From positions 113,970,793 through 114,034,792 of the forward strand of contig NC_092370.1 in the NCBI RefSeq assembly GCF_030028105.1: 64,000 nt of DNA, written 5' to 3'. The notes beneath the pieces are model-generated. The model searched no databases and was not told where the DNA came from. It saw nothing but the letters and a program-made list of their open reading frames with translations. This DNA comes from Mobula birostris. Its lineage: Eukaryota. A program made the translations under genes and the position numbers. Every line of letters starts with the position of its first letter. Within the stretch, counting starts at the first letter, position 1. This document shows positions 11,186-23,300 of the stretch, piece by piece.

Positions 11186-11760
11186 TGTCATGGTCCAGTC
11201 CGTGAAGACTGTAATCCGGTTCAAGGTGTGGTCCATCGACCCTTGCTCCAGGTTTTCCTGTCTACCCTGTTTCTGTTCATGTTGAGCTCTAATTGAGTCA
11301 GCTGATGCTCGTTGGGGCTGGCTGCATAAATACCTTCAGAGACCAGGGTGTGGCTGCTGGATTGTTCTTGTCCTTACTCCTTGCATCCCTTCCCCTGCCC
11401 TCTGTTTCCTCGCCTGAAGCCTTGCCGGTAACTCTTGCCTCGCCTCAAGTTCTCGTTTCGCCTTGCAATGCCTGAAGCCCTGCCTTGCCTTGCTGTCTTG
11501 TCCTGGAGCCAGCCCGTACCAGCTCCCTTCCTGTCTCTTGCCTCCGTCAGGTAAGCCAGGCCGTCTTACTGATACCTACAGTTGGTTCTGTCACTTCCTG
11601 TCCCTTGCCTCCATCGGGTGGAGTTCCGCGCCCTGCCCAGGAGGAGCTTCCAGTCTCCTGCCTCACCTCGCCTCAAGTCTCAAGTCCCCAGCCTGCGTCC
11701 AAGCCAGGCCTCAAGTCTCAAGTCTCCAGGCTCCTGTCAAGACTCGCCTCAAGTCTGAGG
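11186..11760 (+). mobile_element. LTR-like 5' end that grades into the satellite
   Basis: Starts TGTCATGG (same terminus as the minus strand of the solo LTR at 6020-6419). AP-1/E-box TGAGTCAGCTG (11294-11304), TATA-like CATAAATA (11325-11332), then increasingly repetitive GCCTCAAG/GCCTGAAG motifs. The 3' end (..CA + CCTGT TSD) is not in the window. Confidence 0.6.
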
Positions 11761-14700
11761 TCTCCAACCTCCTACAAAGCCTCGCTTCAAGTCTCTAGCC
11801 TCTAGCCTCTAGACTGAAGACTCCAGACTCCTGCCTAAGCTCAAGCCTGACGACTCCAACATCCCGCCTAACCACTAGCCTGAAGACTCGAGCCTCGTGC
11901 TTAGCCACTAGCCTGAAGAGTCCAGCCTCCTGCCTAGTCACAAGCCTTAAGACACCAGCCTCCTGCTTAGCCTCAAGCCTGGACTCTAGCCTCCTGCTTA
12001 ACTTCTAGCCTGAAGACTCCAGCCTCCTGCCTAGCCTCAAGCTTAAAGACCCCAGCCTCCTGCCAAGCCTCAAGCCTGAAGACTCCAGCTTCCTTCCTAT
12101 CCTGATGCCTGAAGACTCCAGCCTCCTGCCTAGCCTCAAGCCTGAAGACTCCAGCCTCCTGCCCAGCCTCGCCTCGTCTCAAGTCTCTAACCTCCTACAA
12201 AGCCTCGCTTCAAGTCTCTAGCCTCTAGCCTCTAGACTGAAGACTCCAGACTCCTGCCTAAGCTCAAGCCTGACGACTCCAACATCCCGCCTAACCACTA
12301 GCCTGAAGACTCGAGCCTCGTGCTTAGCCACTAGCCTGAAGAGTCCAGCCTCCTGCCTAGTCACAAGCCTTAAGACACCAGCCTCCTGCTTAGCCTCAAG
12401 CCTGAAGACTCCTGCATCCTGCCTAGCCTCACGCCTGAAGATTCCAGCCTCCTGCCTAGCCGCAATACTGAAGACTCCAGCCTCATGCCTAGCCTCGTCT
12501 CAAGTCACAAGTCTCCAGCCTCCTGCCAAGCCACAAGCCTGAAGACTCCAGGCTCCTGCCTAGCCTAAGCCTGAAGGCTCAAGCCTCCTGCCTAACTTCA
12601 AGTCCGAAGACTCCAGCCTCCTGCCTAGCCTCTATCCTGAAGACTTCAGCCTCCTGCCTCGCCTCAAGCCTGAAGACTCCAGTCTCCTGCCTAGCCTCAA
12701 GCCTGAAGATGCCAGACTCCTGCCTAGCCTCAGCCTCAATCCTAGTCTCAAGCCTGAAGACTCCAGCCTACTGCCTAGCCTCAAGCCTGAAGGCTCAAGC
12801 CTCCTGCTTAGCCTCAAGCCTGAAGACTCCAGCCTCCTGCTTGGCATCACGCCTGAAGACTCCAGCCTCCTGCCTAGCCTCAAGCTTGAAGACTCAAGCC
12901 TTCTGCCTAACCTCGTCTGAAGACTCCAGCCTCCTGCCTAGCCTCAAACCTGAAGAGTCCAGTCTCACGCCTAGCCTGAAGCCTAAAGACTCCAAACTCC
13001 TGCCTAGCCTCAAACCTAAACACTTCAGATTCCTGCCTACCCTCAAGCCTGAAGACTCCAGCTTCCTGCCTATCCTGATGCCTGAAGACTCCAGCCTCCT
13101 GCCTAGCCTCAAGCCTGAAGACTCCAGCCTCCTGCCTAGCCTCAATACTGAAAACTCCAGCCTCATGCCCAGCCTCGTCTCAAGTCACAAGTCTCCAGCC
13201 TCCTGCCAAGCCACAAGCCTAAAGACTCCAGGCTCCTGCCTAGCCTCAAGCCTGAAGACTCAAGCCTCCTGCCTACCCTCAAACTTGAAGACTCCATCCT
13301 CCTGCCTAACCTCAAGTCTGAAGACTCAAGCCTCCAGCCTTACTTCAAGCCTGAAGTCTCCAGCCTCCTGCCTAGATTCTAGACTGAAGACTCCAGCCTC
13401 CAGCCTAGCCTCTAGGGGCAAAACTCCAACCCCCTGCCTCACCTCTAACCTGAAGATTCCATCCTCCCGCCTAGCCTCAAGCCTGAATACGCCAGACTCC
13501 TGCCGAGCCTCAGCCTCAATCCTGACGACTCCAGCCTCCTGCTTAGTCTCAAGCCTGAAGACTCCAGCCTCCTGCCTAGCCTCAAGCCTGAAGACTCCAG
13601 TCTCCTGCCTAGCCTCAAGCCTGAAGACTCCAGACTCCTGCTTAGCCTCAGTCTCAATCCTGACGACTGCAGCCTCCTGCTTAGACTCAAGACTGAAGAC
13701 TCCAGCCTTCTGCCTAGCATCACGCCTGAAGACTCCAGCCTCCTGCCTAGCCTCAAACCTGAAGAGTCCAGTCTCCTTCCTAGCCTCAAGCGTAAAGACT
13801 CCAAACTCCTGCCTAGCCTCAAGCCTAAACACTCCAGATTCCTGCCTAGCCTGAAGCCTGAGGACTCCAGCTTCCTGCCTATCCTGATGCCTGAAGACTC
13901 CAGCCTCCTGCCTAGCCTCAAACCTGAAGACGACAGCCTCCTGCAGAGCCTCAAGCCTGAAGACTCAAACCTCCTGCCTAGCCTCAAGCCTGAAGACTCC
14001 AGCCTCCTGCCTAGCCTCAATACTGAAGACTCCAGCCTCATGCCTAGCCTCGTCTCAAGTCACAAGTCTCCAGCCTCCTGCCTAGCTTCTAGCCTGAAGA
14101 CTCCAGCCTCCAGCCTAGCCTCAAGTCTGAAGACTCCAGCCTTCTGCCTAGCCTCTAGTCGGAAAACTCCAACCCCCTGCCTCACCTCTAACCTGAAGAT
14201 TCCATCCTCCCGCCTAGCCTCAAGCCTGAATACTCCAAACTCCTGCCTAGCCTCAGCCTCAATCCTGACGACCCCAGCCTCCTGCTTAGTCTCAAGCCTG
14301 AAGACTCCAGCCTCCTGCCTAGCCTCAAGCCTGAAGGCTCAAGCCTCCTGCTTAGCCTCAAGCTTGAAGACTCGAGACTTCTGCCTAACCTCAAGTCTGA
14401 AGACTCCAGCCTCCTGCCTAGCCTCAAACCTGAAGGCTCAAGCCTCCTGCTTAGCCTCAAGCTTGAAGACTCGAGACTTCTGCCTAACCTCAAGTCTGAA
14501 GACTCCAGCCTCCTGCCTAGCCTCAAACCTGAAGACTCCAGCCTCCTGCCGAGCCTCTATCCTGAAGATTCCAGCCTCCTGCCTAGCCTCAAGCCTGAAG
14601 ACTCCAGTCTCCTGCCTAGGCTCAAGCCTAAACACTCCAGACTCCTGCCTATCCTCAAGCCTGAAGACTCTAGCCTCCTGCCTAGCTTCAGGACTGAAGA

Positions 14701-17700
14701 CTCCAGCCTCCTGCCTAGCTTCAGGACTGAAGACTCCAGCCTCCTGCCCAGCCTCAAGCCTGAAGATTCCAGCTTCCTGCCCAGCCTCAATTCTGAATAC
14801 ACCAGCCTCCTCCCTAGCCTCAAGACAGAAGATTCCAGCCTGCTGCCTAACCTCAAGCTTGACGACTCCAACATCCTGCCTAGCCTCTAGCCTGATGACT
14901 CCAGACTCCTGCCGAGCCTCGGCCTCAATCCTGACGACTCCAGCCTCCCGCTTAGTCTCCAGCCTGAAGACTCCAGCCTCTTGCCTAGCCTCACCCCTGA
15001 AGACTCCAGCCTCCTGCCTAGCCTCAAGCTTGAAGACTCAAGCCTCCTGCCTAACCTCAAGTCTGAAGACTCCAGCCTCCAGCCTAACTTCAAGCCTGAA
15101 GTCTCCAGCCTCCTGCCTAGATTCTAGCCTGAAGACTCCAGCCTCCAGCCTAGCCTCTAGGGGCAAAACTCCAACCTCCTGCCTCACCTCTAACCTGAAG
15201 ATTCCATCCTCCCACCTAGCCTCAAGCCTGAATACGCCAGACTCCTGCCGAGCCTCAGCCTCAATCCTGACGACTCCAGCCTCCTGCTTAGTCTCATGCC
15301 TGAAGACTCCAGCCTCCTGCCTAGCCTCAAGCCTGAAGACTCCAGTCTCCTGCCTAGCCTCAAGCCTGAAGACTCCAGACTCCTGCTTAGCCTCAGTCTC
15401 AATCCTGACGACTGCAGCCTCCTGCTTAGACTCAAGACTGAAGACTCCAGCCTCCTGCCTAGCATCACGCCTGAAGACTCAAGCCTTCTGCCGAACCTCA
15501 AGTCTGAAGACTCCAGCCTCCTGCCTAGCCTCAAACCTGAAGAGTCCAGTCTCCTCCCTAGCCTCAAGCGTAAAGACTCCAAATTCCTGCCTAGCCTCAA
15601 GCCTAAACACTCCAGATTTCTGCCTAGCCTGAAGCCTGAGGACTCCAGCTTCCTGCCTATCCTGATGCCTGAAGACTCCAGCCTCCTGCCTAGCCTCAAA
15701 CCTGAAGACGACAGCCTCCTGCAGAGCCTCAAGACTGAAGACTCAAGCCTCCTGCCAAGCCTCAAACCTGAAGACTCCAGCCTCCTGCCTAGCCTCAATA
15801 CTGAAGACTCCAGCCTCATGCCTAGCCTCGTCTCAAGTCACAAGTCTCCAGCCTCCTGCCTAGCTTCTAGCCTGAAGACTCCAGCCTCCAGCCTAGCCTC
15901 AAGTCTGAAGACTCCAGCCTTCTGCCTAGCCTCTAGCCAGAAAACTCCAACCCCCTGCCTCACCTCTAACCTGAAGATTCCATCCTCCCGCCTAACCTCA
16001 AGCCTGAATACTCCAAACTCCTGCCTAGCCTCAGCCTCAATCCTGACGACCCCAGCCTCCTGCTTAGTCTCAAGCCTGAAGACTCCAGCCTCCTGCCTAG
16101 CCTCAAGCCTGAAGGCTCAAGCCTCCTGCTTAGCCTCAAGCTTGAAGACTCGAGACTTCTGCCTAACCTCAAGTCTGAAGACTCCAGCCTCCTGCCTAGC
16201 CTCAAACCTGAAGAGTCTAGTCTCCTGCCTAGCCTAAACCCTGAAGACTCCAGCCACCTGCCTAGCCTCAAGCCTGAACACTCCAGAGTCCTGCCCAGCC
16301 TGATGCCTGAAGACACCAGCCTCCTGCCTAGCCTCAAGCCTAAAGACTCTAGCCTCCTGCCGAGCCTCAAGCCTGAAGACTCCAGCCTCCTGCCTATACT
16401 CAAGCCTGAAGACTCAAGCCTCCTGCCTAGCCTCAAGCCTGATGACTCCAGCCTCCTGCCTAGCCTCACGCCTGAAGACTCAAGCCTCCTGCCTAGCCTC
16501 AAGCTTGAAGACTCCAGCCTCCTGCCTAATCTCAAGTCTGAAGACTCCAACCTTCAGCCTAGCCTCAAACCTGAAGACTCCAGCCTCCTGCATAGCCTCA
16601 AGCCTCAGGACTCAAGCCTCCTGCTTAGCCTGAAGCCTAAAGACTCTAGCCTCCTGCCGAGCCTCAAGCCTGAAGACTTCAGCCTCCAGCCTAGCCTCAC
16701 GCCTGAAGACTCCAGCCTCCTGCCTAGCTTCTAGACTGAAGACTCCAGCCTCCAACCTAGCCTCAAGTCTGAAGACTCCAGCCTCCTGCCGAGCCTCTAT
16801 CCTGAAGATTCCAGCCTCCTGCCTAGCCTCAAGCCTGAAGACTCCAGTCTCCTGCCTAGCCTCAAGCCTAAACACTCCAGACTCCTGCCTATCCTCAAGC
16901 CTGAAGACTCTAGCCTCCTGCCTAGCTTCAGGACTGAAGACTCCAGCCTCCTGCCTAGCTTCAGGACTGAAGACTCCAGCCTCCTGCCCAGCCTCAAGCC
17001 TGAAGATTCCAGCTTCCTGCCCAGCCTCAATTCTGAATACACCAGCCTCCTCCCTAGCCTCAAGACAGAAGATTGCAGCCTGCTGCCTAACCTCAAGCTT
17101 GACGACTCCAACATCCTGCCTAGCCTCTAGCCTGATGACTCCAGACTCCTGCCGAGCCTCGGCCTCAATCCTGACGACTCCAGCCTCCCGCTTAGTCTCC
17201 AGCCTGAAGACTCCAGCCTCTTGCCTAGCCTCACCCCTGAAGACTCCAGCCTCCTGCCTAGCCTCAAGCTTGAAGACTAAAGCCTCCTGCCTAACCTCAA
17301 GTCTGAAGACTCCAGCCTCCAGCCTAACTTCAAGCCTGAAGTCTCCAGCCTCCTGCCTAGATTCTAGCCTGAAGACTCCAGCCTCCAGCCTAGCCTCTAG
17401 GGGCAAAACTCCAACCCCCTGCCTCACCTCTAACCTGAAGATTCCATCCTCCCGCCTAGCCTCAAGCCTGAATACGCCAGACTCCTGCCGAGCCTCAGCC
17501 TCAATCCTGACGACTCCAGCCTCCTGCTTAGTCTCAAGCCTGAAGACTCCAGCCTCCTGCCTAGCCTCAAGCCTGAAGACTCCAGTCTCCTGCCTAGCCT
17601 CAAGCCTGAAGAGTCCAGTCTCCTCCCTAGCCTCAAGCGTAAAGACTCCAAACTCCTGCCTAGCCTCAAGCCTAAATACTCCAGATTGCTGCCTAGCCTG

Positions 17701-20329
17701 AAGCCTGAGGACTCAAGCTTCCTGCCTATCCTGATGCCTGAAGACTCCAGCCTCCTGCCTAGCCTCAAACCTGAAGACGACAGCTTCCTGCAGAGCCTCA
17801 AGCCTGAAGACTCAAGCCTCCTGCCTAGCCTCAAGCCTGAAGACTCCAGCCTCCTGCCTAGCCTCAATACTGAAGACTCCAGCCTCATGCCTAGCCTCGT
17901 CTCAAGTCACAAGTCTCCAGCCTCCTGCCTAGCTTCTAGCCTGAAGACTCCAGCCTCCAGCCTAGCCTCAAGTCTGAAGACTCCAGCCTTCTGCCTAGCC
18001 TCTAGCCGGAAAACTCCAACCCCCTGCCTCACCTCTAACCTGAAGATTCCATCCTCCCGCCTAGCCTCAAGCCTGAATACGCCAGACTCCTGCCGAGCCT
18101 CAGCCTCAATCCTGACGACTCCAGCCTCCTGCTTAGTCTCAAGCCTGAAGACTCCAGCCTCCTGCTTAGCCTCAAGCCTGAAGACTCCAGTCTCCTGCCT
18201 AGCCTCAAGCCTGAAGACTCCAGACTCCTGCTTAGCCTCAGACTCAATCCTGACGACTGCAGCCTCCTGCTTAGACTCAAGACTGAAGACTCCAGCCTCC
18301 TGCCTAGCATCACGCCTGAAGACTCCAGCCTCCTGCCTAGCCTCAAGCTTGAAGACTCAAGCCTTCTGCCTAACCTCAAGTCTGAAGACTCCAGCCTCCT
18401 GCCTAGCCTCAAACCTGAAGAGTCCAGTCTCCTCCCTAGCCTCAAGCGTAAAGACTCCAAACTCCTGCCTAGCCTCAAGCCTAAATACTCCAGATTGCTG
18501 CCTAGCCTGAAGCCTGAGGACTCAAGCTTCCTGCCTATCCTGATGCCTGAAGACTCCAGCCTCCTGCCTAGCCTCAAACCTGAAGACGACAGCTTCCTGC
18601 AGAGCCTCAAGCCTGAAGACTCCAGCCTCCTGCCTAGCCTCAATACTGAAGACTCCAGCCTCATGCCTAGCCTCGTCTCAAGTCACAAGTCTCCAGCCTC
18701 CTGCCTAGCTTCTAGCCTGAAGACTCCAGCCTCCAGCCTAGCCTCAAGTCTGAAGACTCCAGCCTTCTGCCTAGCCTCTAGCCGGAAAACTCCAACCCCC
18801 TGCCTCACCTCTAACCTGAAGATTCCATCCTCCCGCCTAGCCTCAAGCCTGAATACTCCAAACTCCTGCCTAGCCTCAGCCTCAATCCTGACGACCCCAG
18901 CCTCCTGCTTAGTCTCAAGCCTGAAGACTCCAGCCTCCTGCCTAGCCTCAAGCCTGAAGGCTCAAGCCTCCTGCTTAGCCTCAAGCTTGAAGACTCGAGA
19001 CTTCTGCCTAACCTCAAGTCTGAAGACTCCAGCCTCCTGCCTAGCCTCAAACCTGGAGTCCAGTCTCCTGCCTAGCCTAAACCCTGAAGACTCCAGCCAC
19101 CTGCCTAGCCTCAAGCCTGAACACTCCAGAGTCCTGCCCAGCCTGATGCCTGAAGACACCAGCCTCCTGCCTAGCCTCAAGCTTAAAGACTCTAGCCTCC
19201 TGCCGAGCCTCAAGCCTGAAGACTCCAGCCTCCTGCCTATACTTAAGCCTGAAGACTCAAGCCTCCTGCCTAGCCTCAAGCCTGAAGACTCCAGCCTCCT
19301 GCCTAGCCTCACGCCTGAAGACTCTAGCCTCCTGCCTAGCCTCAAGCTTGAAGACTCCAGCCTCCTGCCTAATCTCAAGTCTGAAGACTCCAACCTCCAG
19401 CCTAGCCTCAAACCTGAAGACTCCAGCCTCCTGCATAGCCTCAAGCCTCAGGACTCAAGCCTCCTGCTTAGCCTGAAGCCTAAAGACTCTAGCCTCCTGC
19501 CGAGCCTCAAGCCTGAAGACTTCAGCCTCCAGCCTAACCTCACGCCTGAAGACTCCAGCCTCCTGCCTAGCTTCTAGACTGAAGACTCCAGCCTCCAACC
19601 TAGCCTCAAGTCTGAAGACTCCAGCCTCCTGCCGAGCCTCTATCCTGAAGATTCCAGCCTCCTGCCTAGCCTCAAGCCTGGAGACTCCAGTCTCCTGCCT
19701 AGCCTCAAGCCTAAACACTCCAGACTCCTGCCTATCCTCAAGCCTGAAGACGCTAGCCTCCTGCCTAGCTTCAGGACTGAAGACTCCAGCCTCCTGCCTA
19801 GCCACAAGCCTGAAGATTACAGCCTCCTGCCCAGCCGCAAGCCTGAAGATTCCAGCTTCCTGCCCAGCCTCAATTCTGAATACACCAGCCTCCTCCCTAG
19901 CCTCAAGACAGAAGATTCCAGCCTGCTGCCTAACCTCAAGCTTGACGACTCCAGCATCCTGCCTAGCCTCTAGCCTGATGACTCCAGCCTCCTGCCAAGC
20001 TCCAAGCCTGAAGTCTCCAGCCTCTTGCCAAGCTCCAAGCCTGAAGTCTCCAGCCTCCTGCCTAGCCTCAATCCTGACGACTCCAGCCTCCTTCATAGCC
20101 TCAAGCCTGAAGACTCCAGCCTCCTGCCAAGCCTCAAGCCTCAGGACTCAAGCCTCCTGGTTAGCCTGAAGCCTGAAGACTCCAGCCTCCAGCGTAGCCG
20201 CACACCTGAAGACTCCAACCTCCTGCCTAGCCTCTAGCCTGAAGTCTACAGCCTCCTGCCTAGCCTCTAGACTAAACACTCCAGCCTCCTGCCTAGCCTC
20301 AATCTTAAAGACACCAGCCTCCTGCCTAA

Positions 20330-23300
20330 CCTCAAACCTGAAGAGTCAAGTCTCCTACCTAGACTCAAGACTGAAGACTCCAGCCTCATGCCTAGCCTCG
20401 TCTCAAGTCTCAAATCTCCAGCCTCCTGCCAAGCCACAAGCCAAAAGATTCCCGGCTCATACCTAGCCTCAAGACTAAAGAGTCAAGCCTCCTTCTTAGC
20501 CTCAAGCTTGAAGACTCCAGCATCCTGCCTAACCTCAAGTCTGAAGATTCCAGTCTCCTGCCTAGCCTGACGCCTGAAGACTCCAGCCTCCTGCCTAGCC
20601 GCAATCCTGACGACTCCAGCCTCCTGCCTAGCCTCCAGTCTGAAGACTCCAGCCTCCTGCCTAGATTCTAGCCTGAATACTCAAGCCTACAGCCTAGCCG
20701 CACGTCTGAAGGTTCCAGCCTCCTGCCGAGCCTCTAGTCGGAAGACTCCAGCCTCCTGCTTCACCTCTAACCTGAAGACTCCAGCCTCCTGCCTAGCCTC
20801 AAACATGAAGAGTCCAGTCTCCTGCCTAGCCTCAAGCCTAAACACTCCAGCCTCCTGCCTAGCCTCAAGCCTGAAGACTCTAGCCTCCTGCCTAGATTCA
20901 GGCCTGAAGACCCTAGCCTCCTGCCTGGCCTCAAGCCTGAAGACTCCAGCCTCCTGCCTAGCCACAAACCTGAAGAATCCAGGCTCCTGCATAGACACCA
21001 GCCTGAAGACTCCAGCTACCTGCCTATCCTGATGCCTGAAAACACCAGCCTCCTGCCTAGCCTCTAGCCTGAAGACTCAAGCCTCCTGCTTAGCCTCAAG
21101 CCTGAAGACTCCAGCCTCCTGCCTAGCCTCACGCTTGAAGAATCAAACCTCCTGCTTACCCTCAAGCCTGAAGGCTCCAGCCTCCTGCCTAGCCTCAATC
21201 CTGAAGACCCCAGACTTCTGTTTTGTCACAAGCCTGAAGTCTCCATTCTCCTGCCAAGCCTCAATCAGGACGACTCCAACATCATGCCTAGTATCTAGCC
21301 TGAAGACTGCAGCCTCCTACCGAGCCTCCAGCCTGAAGACTCCAGCCTCCGGCCTAGCATCAGCCTCAATCCTGACGACTCCAGCTTCCTGCTTAGTTTC
21401 AGGCCTGAAGACTCCAACCTCCTGCCTAGCCTCTATCCTGAAGCCTACAGCCTCCTGCCTAGTGTCTAGCCTGAAGACTCCAGCATCAAGCCAGAAGGCT
21501 CCAGCCTCCTGCCTAGCCTCAATCCTAAAGACTCCAGCCTCCTCCCTAGCCTCAAGCCTGAAGACTCCAGCCTCCTCCCTAGCCTCTAGCCAGAAGACTC
21601 CAGCCTCCTGCCTAACCTCTAGCCTGAAGACTCCAAACTCCAGCCTAGCCTCAAGCCTGAAGACTCAAGACTCTTGCTTAGCCTCAAGCTGAAGGCTCCA
21701 GCCCCCTGCCTAGCCTCAAGCCTCCTGCTTAGGCTCAAGCCTAAAGACTCCAGCCTCCTGCCTCGACTCAAGCCAGAACACTCCAGATTCCTGCCCAGCC
21801 TGATGCCTGAAGACACCAGTCTCCTGCTTAACCTCAAGCCTGAAGACTCTAGCCTCCTGCCTAGCCTCTAGGCTGAAGAATCCAGACTCCTGCCTAGCCT
21901 CAATCCTGAATACTCCAGCCTCCTGCCTAGCCTCACGCCTGAAGACTCCAGCCTCTTGCGTAGCCTCAATCCTGAAGACTCCAGCCTCCTGCCTAGCCTC
22001 AAGCCTGAGGACTCAAGCCTCCTGCTTAGCCTCAAGCCTGAAGACTCCAGCCTCCTGCCTAGCCTCACGCCTGAAGACTCCAGCCTCCTGCGTAGCCTCA
22101 AGTTTGAAGACTCTAGCCTCCTGTCTAACCCCAAGTCTGAAGGCTCCAGCCTCCAGCCTATCCTCAAGCCTGAAAACTCCAGCCTTCTGCCTAGCTTCTA
22201 GCCTGAATACGCCAGCCTCCAGCCTAGCCTCAAGTCTGAAGACTCCAGCCTCCTGCCTAGCCTCTAGTCGGAAGACTCCAGCCTCCTGCTTCACCTCTAA
22301 CCTGAAGACTCTAGCCTCCTGCGTAGCCTCACGCCTGAAGGCGCCAGCCTCCTGCCTAGCCTCAATCCTGAATACTCCAGCCTCCTTCCTAGCCTAAAGC
22401 CTGAAGGCACCAGCCTCCTGCCCCGCCTCAATCCTGAAGACTACAGCCTCATGCCTACTCTCAAGTATGAAGACTCCAGCCTCCTGCCTAGCCTCAAGCC
22501 TGAGGACTCAACCCTCCTGCCTAGCTTCTAGCCTGAATACTCCAGCCTCCAGCCTAGCCTCAAGTCTGAAGACTACAGCCTCATGCCTAGTCTCAAGCCT
22601 GAAGACTCCAGCCTCCTGCCTAGCCTCACGCCTGAAGACTCCAGCCTCCCGCCTAGCTTCTAGCCTGAATACTCCAGCCTCCAGCCTAGCCTCAAGTCTG
22701 AAGACTACAGCCTCCTGCCTAGCCTCAAGCCTGAAGACTCTAGCCTCCTGCCTAGATTCAGGCCTGAAGACCCTAGCCTCCTGCCTAGCCTCAAGCCTGA
22801 AGACTCCAGCCTCCTGCCTAGCCACAAACCTGAAGAATCCAGCCTCCTGCATAGACACCAGCCTGAAGACTCCAGCTTCCTGCCTATCCTGATGCCTGAA
22901 AACACCAGCCTCCTGCCTAGCCTCTAGCCTGAAGATTCAAGCCTCCTGCTTAGCCTCAAGCCTGAACACTCCAGCATCCTGCCTAGCCTCACGCTTGAAG
23001 AATCAAACCTCCTACTTACCCTCAAGCCTGAAGGCTCCAGCCTCCTGCCTGGCCTAAATCCTGAAGACCCTAGACTCCTGCTTTGTCACAAGCCTGAAGT
23101 CTCCATCCTCCTGCCTTGCCTCAATCAGGACGACTCCAACATCATGCCTAGTATCTAGCCTGAAGACTGCAGACTCCTGCCTAGCCTCCAGCCTGAATAC
23201 TGCAGCCTCCTCCCTAGCCTCTAGCCAGAAGACTCCAGACTCCTGCCTAGCCTCAAGTCTGAAGACTCAAGCCTCTTGCTTAGCCTCAAGCTGAAGACTC

